Shown here: positions 8,298-16,445 of the stretch, one piece after another
Layout: every line of letters starts with the position of its first letter
Numbering within the stretch: the first letter of the stretch is position 1
Source: Nitrosopumilales archaeon
GTDB lineage: Archaea; Thermoproteota; Nitrososphaeria; Nitrososphaerales; Nitrososphaeraceae
DNA: 16,988 bases
Assembly: GCA_044507735.1 (NCBI GenBank)
Contig: JBIQJB010000006.1
Span: forward strand, 68,939-85,926
Direction of reading: 5' to 3'
The notes under the pieces: model-generated
What the model saw: the letters and a program-made list of their open reading frames with translations, nothing else
The model's database searches: none
What the model was told of the DNA's origin: nothing
Position numbers and translations under genes: made by a program

Positions 8298-9409
8298 TTT
8301 GATCCCCCATTTACTGCGGCTACCGCGGCCTGTATTGCTTCTTCGACAGTATTATAGAGCTTCGCCTTACTTCCGTTCAGCATTTCTCTAGCTTTTTCAG
8401 ACTCGGCACCAGAGATCCTTGCGAAGACCGGCACTGCTATCAGGTTATTCTTATATGCGTCTAGTATCGCTTGTGCAACGAGCGTGGTCCTAACTATCCC
8501 GCCAAAAAGATTCACCAATATGGCTTCGACTTTTCCTATCTTGCTAATTACTCTCAAGGCCTCGTAGATGGTCTCTGTTGTTGCACGACCTCCAAAATCC
8601 AAGAACGCACCTGCCTTGCCACCCGCGTCAGATACCATGTCGAGCGTAGACATGACAAGACCTGCACCGTTGCCTATTATGGCTATATTGCCATCGAGTT
8701 CAACTAGTGAAAAGCCGCTCACCTCAGCCTGCTTTTCGAGTTCGGAAACATGCTCGTACTTCTTCAGTTCCGGGTGGCGGAACATCGCATTGTCGTCTAT
8801 TATGACCTTTGCGTCAAGTGCCATGAGGGAGCCATCGCCAAGAATTGCTACTGGGTTTATCTCGGCAAGCTCGGCTTCCTTTTCCTCAATCAACCGGGAT
8901 AGCTTGGTCGTAAAGTCTACAAACGACACCACGGTATTACCAGTCAAACCCAACTTTTCCGCCGTTTCCTCTGCAACCTGTTGGGTCAGACCGTCAATCG
9001 GGATATCTACGACAACCTTGTTTCCGGTGCTTTCAATATCAACACCTCCTTCAGCTGAAGAGATGAGTGAATAGCAGCGCTTACTCCGGTTCAAGAAAAG
9101 CGAAAGATAGAGCTCCTTCTTAATGTCAGCCATTTCTTCAAGCAGGATGCCCCGAGGTAGCTCACCCTTAACTTCCTTGTGCAAGAGATCATTGAATTTG
9201 GGTTCCAGCTCGTCTTCGCTCTTGCATTTAACTATGGCGCCGGCTTTGCCCCTGCCTCCAACAGTAAGCTGTGATTTCAGTACTAGCGGATATCCAAGTT
9301 TTCTGCCGCCCTCCCTTGCTTCTTGGATTGTGTTTGCAAGGTGCGACCGGGGGATCCTAATTCCATATTGATCAAAAAGCTCCTTTCCCTGATATTCAAG
9401 TAGCCGCAT
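8294..9409 (-). CDS. sucC: Succinyl-CoA ligase beta subunit
   Basis: MRLLEYQGKELF, GGRGKAG, EGGVDIE, EINP, DAK...DDNAMFRH, NGAGLVMSTLD, NLFGGIVR. Confidence 0.96.
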   Translation of the reverse strand: MRLLEYQGKELFDQYGIRIPRSHLANTIQEAREGGRKLGYPLVLKSQLTVGGRGKAGAIVKCKSEDELEPKFNDLLHKEVKGELPRGILLEEMADIKKELYLSLFLNRSKRCYSLISSAEGGVDIESTGNKVVVDIPIDGLTQQVAEETAEKLGLTGNTVVSFVDFTTKLSRLIEEKEAELAEINPVAILGDGSLMALDAKVIIDDNAMFRHPELKKYEHVSELEKQAEVSGFSLVELDGNIAIIGNGAGLVMSTLDMVSDAGGKAGAFLDFGGRATTETIYEALRVISKIGKVEAILVNLFGGIVRTTLVAQAILDAYKNNLIAVPVFARISGAESEKAREMLNGSKAKLYNTVEEAIQAAVAAVNGGSK

Positions 9410-9440
9410 ATCTTCAGCAAAGGTCAGTCAATTCTCGCTA

Positions 9441-9448
9441 TTTATAAA
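9441..9448 (-). promoter_or_regulatory. TATA box for the sucCD transcript
   Basis: TTTATAAA 32-39 nt upstream of sucC ATG 9409. Confidence 0.65.
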
Positions 9449-9974
9449 TCAAATTCCTGTTTAATACTTGCTGGTTCATACCTGCCGGAATTTGTCAGGT
9501 TTCAATAATAGTTGCAGATATTCTCTAGATTTTCTTGTGAACAGCAACGAACCCATGAAAAGCAGTCAGGGCAAGTCTATCGAGCTGAGAGGCGATACTG
9601 TGTAGTTAGTGGGACGTCCCGTTGCTCTCCTTCCACAGGTATGCACGGGAGGGCGATTTCCGGGCAGTGCTATTTTCATCAGCTTGCAATTCTACCTTGG
9701 ATGGAAAAAATCGCATTATGACGGCATGTCTGCGACCAGATCATCCAGACTCAGATTTTCACTGCCTGGCACACATGGGCAAACTAGCTAATGCGTGTCA
9801 TTCCACTCACCCCGGTCTAGGTTTCTGCGACGGATAGCAATTGAGCAGCCTTGACTCTTGTTCTGTGCTCGAAGGCTCCCATTGTTGGACTAACAATACG
9901 TCAATCTATGTATAGCCTATCAGGGGTTGTTCCAGTCGGAGTTGGTGTCATGATCGTGGTTGTTTTGCGCGCTT

Positions 9975-11270
9975 TCATGTTTCTTGGAATATCCGGACAG
10001 ATCGTTGCACCCTTACTATTGCGAGGTAAATGAGTGAAGCCGCTGCGAGGCTCGGGATGGCGGCCCCTATCTCTGGGAGCTGGGGAATGTAAATTGGAGA
10101 CAACGGAGATAGCATGTAGTTTATGAGCGAACCAAGTGCCCATGCAATGATTGCTGGCACCTTGATTCCAAGCCTGTTCTGATTGGAATAGAACATTTTC
10201 TCGCTGTACTTTTGTTTGTTGACGACATAGTAGTCCGTAAGTACCACTCCAAAAAGAGGCACGAAGATCGCACCTATCATCAGCAAGAATCCCTCATACT
10301 GTTGGATCGAAACTACCATAGCAAGCAATACGCTTGTCGCAGTTAGTCCGATGACAAGATGCTTTTGGCTGAGCTTTGAGAAAACGTCCTGTACAGAGAC
10401 TGCTGCGGAGTAGACATCTGCGAAGGCATTGTCTGCTTCGTCCACTATGAGAAGCAACATAAGGAATCCAAAGAACATGACCTGTATTGCAAGTATGATC
10501 GAGATCACATCTGATTCCCCGATGAGCACGCCTCCAAAGTAAAAAAGAGCGTTTGTTATCATGAAACCGATAAACGTACCCCACAGTGCGCTCCTACTTT
10601 TTCTTGCAAACCGGTTGTAGTCAGCAGCAAGTGGCAGCCAGGATATTGGCATTGCTATCACGAGGTCAAGTGCGGAAAAGAAAGACATCCCTTCTCCGGG
10701 TGAGGCAACAAGTGATGCAAGATCAGCAGAGCTGACTAGGCTTATTATGATTATAGCAGATGTACCATAGGCTATCCAAACGGCAAACTTGCCAAGCCAT
10801 TTCCTCACTACATTAAGTGGTCCACTGATCCCAAGCAACGCTACAAGTACGCCAAATATTGACACCCAGAAATAATAGGGAATCAGACTTCCAGCGAGCA
10901 ACTCTGCAGCCCTTGCCATTATCATGATCTCAAATGTTGCCCAGCCAACAAGCTGTGTGACATTTAGCATGGCCGGCAGATACGAACCCCGGATGCCAAA
11001 TGCAGGCCTCATGCTGACAAGCGATGGCACGCCGTGGTCGCTCCCTATCTTGCCTGCAAGCGCGAGGAGTAACGAGCCGGCAGCGGAGCCAATTACTATT
11101 GCAAGGATTGCATCCACAAAGCTTGCGTCAGAAAGAAATGAACCAGCAGAGAATACTAGCAGGCCAACACCAAGGCTTGACCAGAGGATAAAGAAATCCA
11201 GACCTCCAAGTGTCCGATGTTTTTCCGGGACTGGAGTTATCCCCCATTCAGAGGTGTTAAAAATTGCCAT
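9975..11270 (-). CDS. cytX: NCS1 (cytosine/purine permease) family transporter, probably hydroxymethylpyrimidine transporter CytX
   Basis: About 12 TM helices; FFILWSSLGVG, RPAFGIRGS, QLVGWATFE, MPISWLPLAADYNRF and FVPLFGVVLTDYY motifs; divergent from thiDN. Confidence 0.85.
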   Translation of the reverse strand: MAIFNTSEWGITPVPEKHRTLGGLDFFILWSSLGVGLLVFSAGSFLSDASFVDAILAIVIGSAAGSLLLALAGKIGSDHGVPSLVSMRPAFGIRGSYLPAMLNVTQLVGWATFEIMIMARAAELLAGSLIPYYFWVSIFGVLVALLGISGPLNVVRKWLGKFAVWIAYGTSAIIIISLVSSADLASLVASPGEGMSFFSALDLVIAMPISWLPLAADYNRFARKSRSALWGTFIGFMITNALFYFGGVLIGESDVISIILAIQVMFFGFLMLLLIVDEADNAFADVYSAAVSVQDVFSKLSQKHLVIGLTATSVLLAMVVSIQQYEGFLLMIGAIFVPLFGVVLTDYYVVNKQKYSEKMFYSNQNRLGIKVPAIIAWALGSLINYMLSPLSPIYIPQLPEIGAAIPSLAAASLIYLAIVRVQRSVRIFQET

Positions 11271-11335
11271 GCGCTAGGCATTACCTACAGGATTTCATGT
11301 TAATAATCTATGCACTGGCGTACACCTTCATGGCA
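11265..11335 (-). promoter_or_regulatory. Structured cytX leader candidate (degenerate TPP-riboswitch-like)
   Basis: 7-bp closing stem UGCCAUG/CAUGGCA including the AUG, two internal hairpins, and CCUG...GGUAAUGCC..GCG resembling the 3' half of the TPP aptamer. Confidence 0.3.
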
Positions 11336-11411
11336 GAAAAAATGACTGAGTAGTAGTGCGTATAAGTTAGCTAGCTTACCAGTCTAAATTAGCTTGCTCT
11401 TTAGATTAACC

Positions 11412-11446
11412 AACTGCAATGCATGTGCTAGCATATGCACGCAGTT
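11412..11446. repeat. Long imperfect palindrome in the cytX-thiDN intergenic region
   Basis: AACTGC-AA-TGCATGTGCT|AGCATATGCA-C-GCAGTT: 6-bp outer arm plus 10-bp inner arm with one G-T mismatch. Confidence 0.75.
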
Positions 11447-11623
11447 ACAGATGAAATGGATTGTGGGCGGTCGGTTTTTTGTGAAACTCATAACAGGTAT
11501 TGCGAACTTGATTCCAGCAATAGCAAGTGCGCCTGTTGTGGCAAACGCATCTGTCTCTGCAACTATATCTTGTAGACAAGCGTCCGATAGACTTATTCAA
11601 TCCACTATTTTTTCTCATCATGT

Positions 11624-12958
11624 TTGAAGATTGCGCTATCTATAGCAGGCAGCGATTCTGGAGCTGGTGCAGGCATACAAGCAGACCTCAAGACATTTTC
11701 TGCACTTGGTGTTTATGGGTGCACCGCGATCACCGCAATAACTGCTCAGAACACCAGAGGGGTGTCTGATATTTTTGAGATCTCCTCTGAAGTGATAGAA
11801 CAACAGATCAGTTCTCTGATGGCAGACATGCCGCCCGATGCAGTCAAGATAGGAATGGTCTACAGCAGACGAACGATAGATGTGGTCTACAAGTCGCTCA
11901 GGAAATCAAGAATCCCAATAGTCCTCGATCCAATTCTTGCCGCGGGAACTGGGGCCAAGCTGCTGAGAGACGATGCTATTGGCATGTTTATCTCAAGACT
12001 GATCCCTATATGCACGCTGATCACCCCGAACAGGATGGAAGCAGAGAGACTAGCAGGCATAAAGATCAGGACCAAAGATGATGGGATAGAGGCAGCGAGA
12101 AAAATCAGGAGGCTTGGCGCGGACAACGTCATTGTCAAGGGGGGTCACTTTGGAACCTCAAGCGTTACTGACTTACTCCTCGATAGCAGAGGCAAGATAA
12201 CAGAGATCACAAACCCGAGAGTGATGATTGAAGAGAGCCATGGCTCAGGATGCAACTTTTCATCTGCAGTCACTGCGTATCTTGCCAAAGGTTCTAGTTT
12301 GCATGACGCCTGCATAGCTGCAAACGAGTATGTCCATACTGCAATAAAGAATGCAGTCAGAGTGGGGAAGGGCTTACCGGTCACAAACCCCCTCTCAGTA
12401 ATCTACCGCGACGCCAGCAAATATCAGGTAATATCAGAGCTCCAAGCTGCAGTGGAGAAGATCAGCACATTCGACGGCTTTTACAAGCTGATACCGGAAA
12501 CACAGACTAACTTTGTGTATGCGTTACCTGACGCATCGGACGCTACAGAGGTCGCCGGTGTACGCGGAAGAATAGTGAAGGTCGGCAACGCTACAGTGCC
12601 AGCATCCCATGTTGAATTCGGAGCTTCGAGGCACATGGCATCTGCGGTAATTGGATACATGCGCGTCAATCCAACCATCAGATCGGTCATTAATATCAGA
12701 TTCAGCGACGATCTTGTCAAGATATGCAAGTCGCTCTTTTCTGTGTCAAGCTATGACAGGAGCAAAGAACCAAGAGGCATCAAGCGAAAAGAAGGTTCAA
12801 GCGTCTTGTGGGGAACGGTGAAGGCGCTATCAAAGAATCCAAATGCAGAAGTGATCTATCATAGAGGAGACATTGGCAAGGAGCCCATGATTACCATCTT
12901 TGGCAGAAATCCAAATGAAGTCGCGGTAAAGATCAAGGCAATACTGAAAAACTATTGA
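11624..12958 (+). CDS. thiD: Bifunctional HMP/HMP-P kinase (ThiD) fused to ThiN-type thiamine-phosphate synthase domain
   Basis: ALSIAGSDSGAGAGIQADLKTF, VKIGM, LDP, ITPN..EA, VKGGH, HGSGC; C-terminal LIPETQTN, GRIV, FGASRHMA, SYDRSKEP, GDIGKEPMI. Confidence 0.95.
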   Translation: MKIALSIAGSDSGAGAGIQADLKTFSALGVYGCTAITAITAQNTRGVSDIFEISSEVIEQQISSLMADMPPDAVKIGMVYSRRTIDVVYKSLRKSRIPIVLDPILAAGTGAKLLRDDAIGMFISRLIPICTLITPNRMEAERLAGIKIRTKDDGIEAARKIRRLGADNVIVKGGHFGTSSVTDLLLDSRGKITEITNPRVMIEESHGSGCNFSSAVTAYLAKGSSLHDACIAANEYVHTAIKNAVRVGKGLPVTNPLSVIYRDASKYQVISELQAAVEKISTFDGFYKLIPETQTNFVYALPDASDATEVAGVRGRIVKVGNATVPASHVEFGASRHMASAVIGYMRVNPTIRSVINIRFSDDLVKICKSLFSVSSYDRSKEPRGIKRKEGSSVLWGTVKALSKNPNAEVIYHRGDIGKEPMITIFGRNPNEVAVKIKAILKNY

Positions 12959-12975
12959 ATTTGCATCGTTTTACC

Positions 12976-12983
12976 TTATATAT
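12976..12983 (+). promoter_or_regulatory. TATA box for the nucleotidyltransferase genes
   Basis: TTATATAT 31-38 nt upstream of ATG 13014, which favours that start over GTG 12990. Confidence 0.55.
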
Positions 12984-13013
12984 GACAAAGTGAGCAAAAA
13001 CTACAGGAAAGAC

Positions 13014-13724
13014 ATGAAAGCAGTTATTCTCGCAGGAGGTCTTGGCACGCGGCTACAGCCGTACACATTCTTTATCCCGAAGCCCATGTTGCCACTTGGC
13101 AACAAACCACTTCTAGAGTACATCATAGAATGGCTGAAAAATGCAGGAGGCATCGATCATATCGTTATCTGTGTCAGCTATCTTCATCGAACCATTGAGG
13201 ACTATTTTGAAGATGGCGGGCGCTTTGGAATAGAGATCGAGTATGCAAGGTCGGAGAGACCCCTTGCCACTGCAGGCCAGCTCAAGACTGCGGAGAAGTT
13301 AGTCGAAGATGATTCGTTTGTATGCGTTTATGGCGATTCTGTCTACGAATTTAACCTGCGCAAGATGATAAAGCAACACAGGGAATCAAAGGCGTTTGTA
13401 TCCATGGCCCTCATGCAGTATTCAACGAAACTAAAGTACGGTTTTATCGACGTAAACGGACAGGACAGAATCACGGCATGGCGTGAAAAGCCAGAAGTAA
13501 GTGGACTCATAAACATAGGCTGCTATGTGATGGAACCGGAATTTCTAAAAATCGTTCCCAAGTCAGGTGCGTTTGGGATGGATGATGCGGTAAGAAAAGC
13601 GCTTGAACTGAAAAAGCTTGTGAAGGGATTTACGGTAGATGGTACGGGCTTCATAGACATTGGAGACAAGAAATCATATCTTGATGCTTATAGGCAATTT
13701 GCAAGCAGACTGGGAAAGATCTAG
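13014..13724 (+). CDS. Stand-alone sugar-1-phosphate nucleotidyltransferase (NTP_transferase family, no beta-helix domain)
   Basis: MKAVILAGGLGTRLQPYT..IPKPML, PLATAG, YGD, YG, EKP, INIGCY, DIG; ORF track start is 12990. Confidence 0.92.
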   Translation: MKAVILAGGLGTRLQPYTFFIPKPMLPLGNKPLLEYIIEWLKNAGGIDHIVICVSYLHRTIEDYFEDGGRFGIEIEYARSERPLATAGQLKTAEKLVEDDSFVCVYGDSVYEFNLRKMIKQHRESKAFVSMALMQYSTKLKYGFIDVNGQDRITAWREKPEVSGLINIGCYVMEPEFLKIVPKSGAFGMDDAVRKALELKKLVKGFTVDGTGFIDIGDKKSYLDAYRQFASRLGKI

Positions 13725-14990
13725 ATGGGTATAACTCTCTTTGAGGACTCACACTGGAAGAACTTCTCGCCCCTATCGCTTACAAGAGCCACATTTGACA
13801 TCAAGATAGGGTCAAGGACCTTTTTTGAGGAATACAAGGCCGCGCCCGAGACTCTCCTTGTGAGAGAATATCTTGCAGGAATCACGAAGGAGAGGCACCC
13901 AGAATGTGATGTCAATCCAACTTCTATTGAGGCAGATACGGTTCTGGTGAACGGCCTCGTTCACCCAGGAGCGACATACACCGATCGATTGCAGCAGATC
14001 AGACATACTTTTGCAATAACTGCTGGAGATATGCTTGTCGCGGCCAGGCTTGACAGGAAGGGAATAGAGTATCTGTCTGATTGTGCTGCGGCAGGTAGGA
14101 GAATAGACTTCAAGAGGCTCAATGTGGAGAAATCCACCGAGCTCAGTGCGGAGGAAAGTGAAGGCGTGTTGTCAGAGATCTGGGATATTGTCAGGGTGCT
14201 TGAAAATTCCCTCGCCTTGCAGCTTGCAGGAATGCAGAGCGAAGGCGATCTAGGTTCCGGGGTAAGGGTCGCAGGCAACCACACTGTGTCGGTGGCCAAG
14301 ACCGCCGCGGTCGAAGAAGGGACAGTGCTTGATGCGAGGCATGGCGGCATTTTCATAGGCCCTGATGCATACGTTGCTACGAGCAGGATTGTTGGACCCG
14401 CGTACATTGGCGGCATGACACAGATAAAGCAGTTTACGATAATAGAAAAAAGCTACGTTGGCGACAACTGCAGAGTTGCTGGCGAGATAGAACATTCCAT
14501 CATTTCTGATCATACAAACAAAGCCCATGCAGGTTTTGTAGGTCATTCCTACGTCGGGGAATGGGTCAACTTGGGAGCCATGACCACGACTTCTGACCTA
14601 AAGATGACATATGGCAACATCAAGATGGCCAGTAGCAGTGGCAAGAGAAAGGTTGACACGGGTCAGAACAAGATCGGCTCCTTTATTGCAGATATGACCA
14701 AGACATCGATTGGCACTCTGATTTATGGCGGCACGCGTATTGGGGTTTCCTCTCACCTGTATGGCCTTGTCTCAGAAGACGTTCCCAGCTTTACCATGTA
14801 CGGCAAGAGTATCAGCGGAAACAGCGCGGAGCTGGAGCTCGCATCTGCGATAGAGACGCAAAAGAAGATGATGCAGCGCAGGGGCATAACGATGAGCAAG
14901 AATTATGAACAGATGATAAGAGACGTTTTTTCTATGACATATGAGGACAGAGAGCGTGCTGGTGTTCGGAAAGCAAGATTTGCTCTGTAA
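13725..14990 (+). CDS. GlmU-related protein: degenerate sugar-nucleotidyltransferase N-terminus + left-handed beta-helix acetyltransferase-like domain
   Basis: LFED...FSPLSLTRATFDIKIG N-terminus without GxGTR; hexapeptide repeats; NKAHAGFVGHSYVGEWVNLGAMTTTSDLK and KIGSFIAD..KTSIGT motifs; ATG abuts the upstream TAG. Confidence 0.82.
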   Translation: MGITLFEDSHWKNFSPLSLTRATFDIKIGSRTFFEEYKAAPETLLVREYLAGITKERHPECDVNPTSIEADTVLVNGLVHPGATYTDRLQQIRHTFAITAGDMLVAARLDRKGIEYLSDCAAAGRRIDFKRLNVEKSTELSAEESEGVLSEIWDIVRVLENSLALQLAGMQSEGDLGSGVRVAGNHTVSVAKTAAVEEGTVLDARHGGIFIGPDAYVATSRIVGPAYIGGMTQIKQFTIIEKSYVGDNCRVAGEIEHSIISDHTNKAHAGFVGHSYVGEWVNLGAMTTTSDLKMTYGNIKMASSSGKRKVDTGQNKIGSFIADMTKTSIGTLIYGGTRIGVSSHLYGLVSEDVPSFTMYGKSISGNSAELELASAIETQKKMMQRRGITMSKNYEQMIRDVFSMTYEDRERAGVRKARFAL

Positions 14991-14996
14991 TTGCAG

Positions 14997-16445
14997 CTAC
15001 ATGTAGTCTAGCCCTTGACCTTCTTTCCAGAGCCCAAGCCTCTGATGCAGCCAAGGATAAAAATTGGCGTCACCGTTTTCAAACTCTTTCTTGACTATCT
15101 TGATGATATTCCTTGAAACTTGTCCCGGTTTACCGTAGATCTGTTTCTTGTGCCGCAGCTTCATCCCAAGACCCTCTCCTCTGTTATAAGCTTCGTTTAC
15201 AATTGATACGATCCAATCAGGGCTCAAGGGAGGGACAAGCACATTGCTCTTTGCATCAAAAATCGTTTCAGGCCTGTCAGTATTGAGCCTGACCGTAAGT
15301 GAAGTGACCTTGGAAAAATAGAGTAGCTCTTCTTGCATCGATCCTGAATCGGTCATTTCGGCCCAGCATCTGCCGCTGTCAAGGAATTCGATTACGTTTG
15401 CATATTCTTTCCACAGAGGAGTCATGATAAACTTGTCAGGATATTGTTCGGCAAGTGCATGCAGCTTTGAGTCAAGGTTGTATTGCCGTAGCGCCGACAG
15501 AGTGGCATTAAGCAGTACAAGGACTATTTTCTTGTCGCTGCTCTTTACAAGCTTGATCAACCCTCCTATTATTGAAGTAAAGCGCCTGTGAGTCAAGTTT
15601 TCCCTACGATGAATGTCCATCCTAATCCACTCGCCACTCTCTAGCTGCGGATAAAGATCAAAGATGCTTTGACTAGGCTTCTCTTTCCTTTTCTGGAATA
15701 TGGCATCCACGACAGAGTTGCCGACGACATGGACAAAGTTTTCAGGATATCCTTCCCGTATCAGATTGTCGCGGTTGAGCTTAGTGGGAGCAAAAAAGAA
15801 TTGGGTTCCAGCTGAGCAGATCCAAGTGTCTATCTGCTCTGGGAAGGGCTCTTCTCGTGCTAAAAACCACTTGCCATCGAATTGGTTGCTGACAAATTTG
15901 CGGACCTCGGCCTTTGTAAGCTCCTTTCGGGCTCCCAATCGCTTGATTGCCTCAGGGCTCATTGATCGGAGTCCTGCCTCATTCTGCCCTACTTTTTGCC
16001 CCATTCCAAACACCCATGCCAGCGGGGCAATTCCAGCTACCAAGGTGTCGCCATGCACGATAGGTAGCAAAGATTCCGAACCAAAGTGCTTCCGGCAATA
16101 CCTGCCGAATGAACCGAACTTTATTATCAATTCACTTGCCTTTTCCATCAGGTCGCCACGTATCTGTAAGTTGCACCCAATAAACTGCCTGAGGTTGAAT
16201 TCCTCTATTCCAAATCCAAGTACTTCGTCAAAGTGCTGGCCAGTGTTTATCACAAAAACAGGCAGATCTTCTTTTGCGGCCTCCAAGACAAGAGGGGCCT
16301 GTTTATAGAAATCCGGCTTTGTGCCGGTGACTATTGCAAGCACAGGGGTCCTGTCCTTGCGTGCCTTTGCAAAGACAGATTGAAGGTTATCAGATATCTT
16401 TACTGGGAGCAGGCTGCGCGAAACGTCGATCTCCCTTACGCTCAA
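14997..16445 (-). CDS. UDP-N-acetylglucosamine 2-epimerase family protein (divergent, with insertions)
   Basis: GTKPDFYKQAP, TGQH, VHGDT, EAGLRS, PFPEQ, FAPT, NLIREG, VGNSVVDA, HRREN, TDSGSMQEE, NTDRPET. Confidence 0.88.
   Translation of the reverse strand: MSVREIDVSRSLLPVKISDNLQSVFAKARKDRTPVLAIVTGTKPDFYKQAPLVLEAAKEDLPVFVINTGQHFDEVLGFGIEEFNLRQFIGCNLQIRGDLMEKASELIIKFGSFGRYCRKHFGSESLLPIVHGDTLVAGIAPLAWVFGMGQKVGQNEAGLRSMSPEAIKRLGARKELTKAEVRKFVSNQFDGKWFLAREEPFPEQIDTWICSAGTQFFFAPTKLNRDNLIREGYPENFVHVVGNSVVDAIFQKRKEKPSQSIFDLYPQLESGEWIRMDIHRRENLTHRRFTSIIGGLIKLVKSSDKKIVLVLLNATLSALRQYNLDSKLHALAEQYPDKFIMTPLWKEYANVIEFLDSGRCWAEMTDSGSMQEELLYFSKVTSLTVRLNTDRPETIFDAKSNVLVPPLSPDWIVSIVNEAYNRGEGLGMKLRHKKQIYGKPGQVSRNIIKIVKKEFENGDANFYPWLHQRLGLWKEGQGLDYM

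Noticed and set aside
7503-9371. Long + strand ORFs antisense to sucD and sucC
   Set aside because: Antisense shadows without motifs
9901-9978. 25-aa Thr/Pro-rich peptide (MKARKTTTIMTPTPTGTTPDRLYID) with ATGA overlap on the cytX stop
   Set aside because: An A before a TGA stop is common by chance; too short and no motif
11394-11627. 77-aa + strand ORF overlapping the thiD start
   Set aside because: TTG start, no family motif, covers the probable promoter and palindrome region
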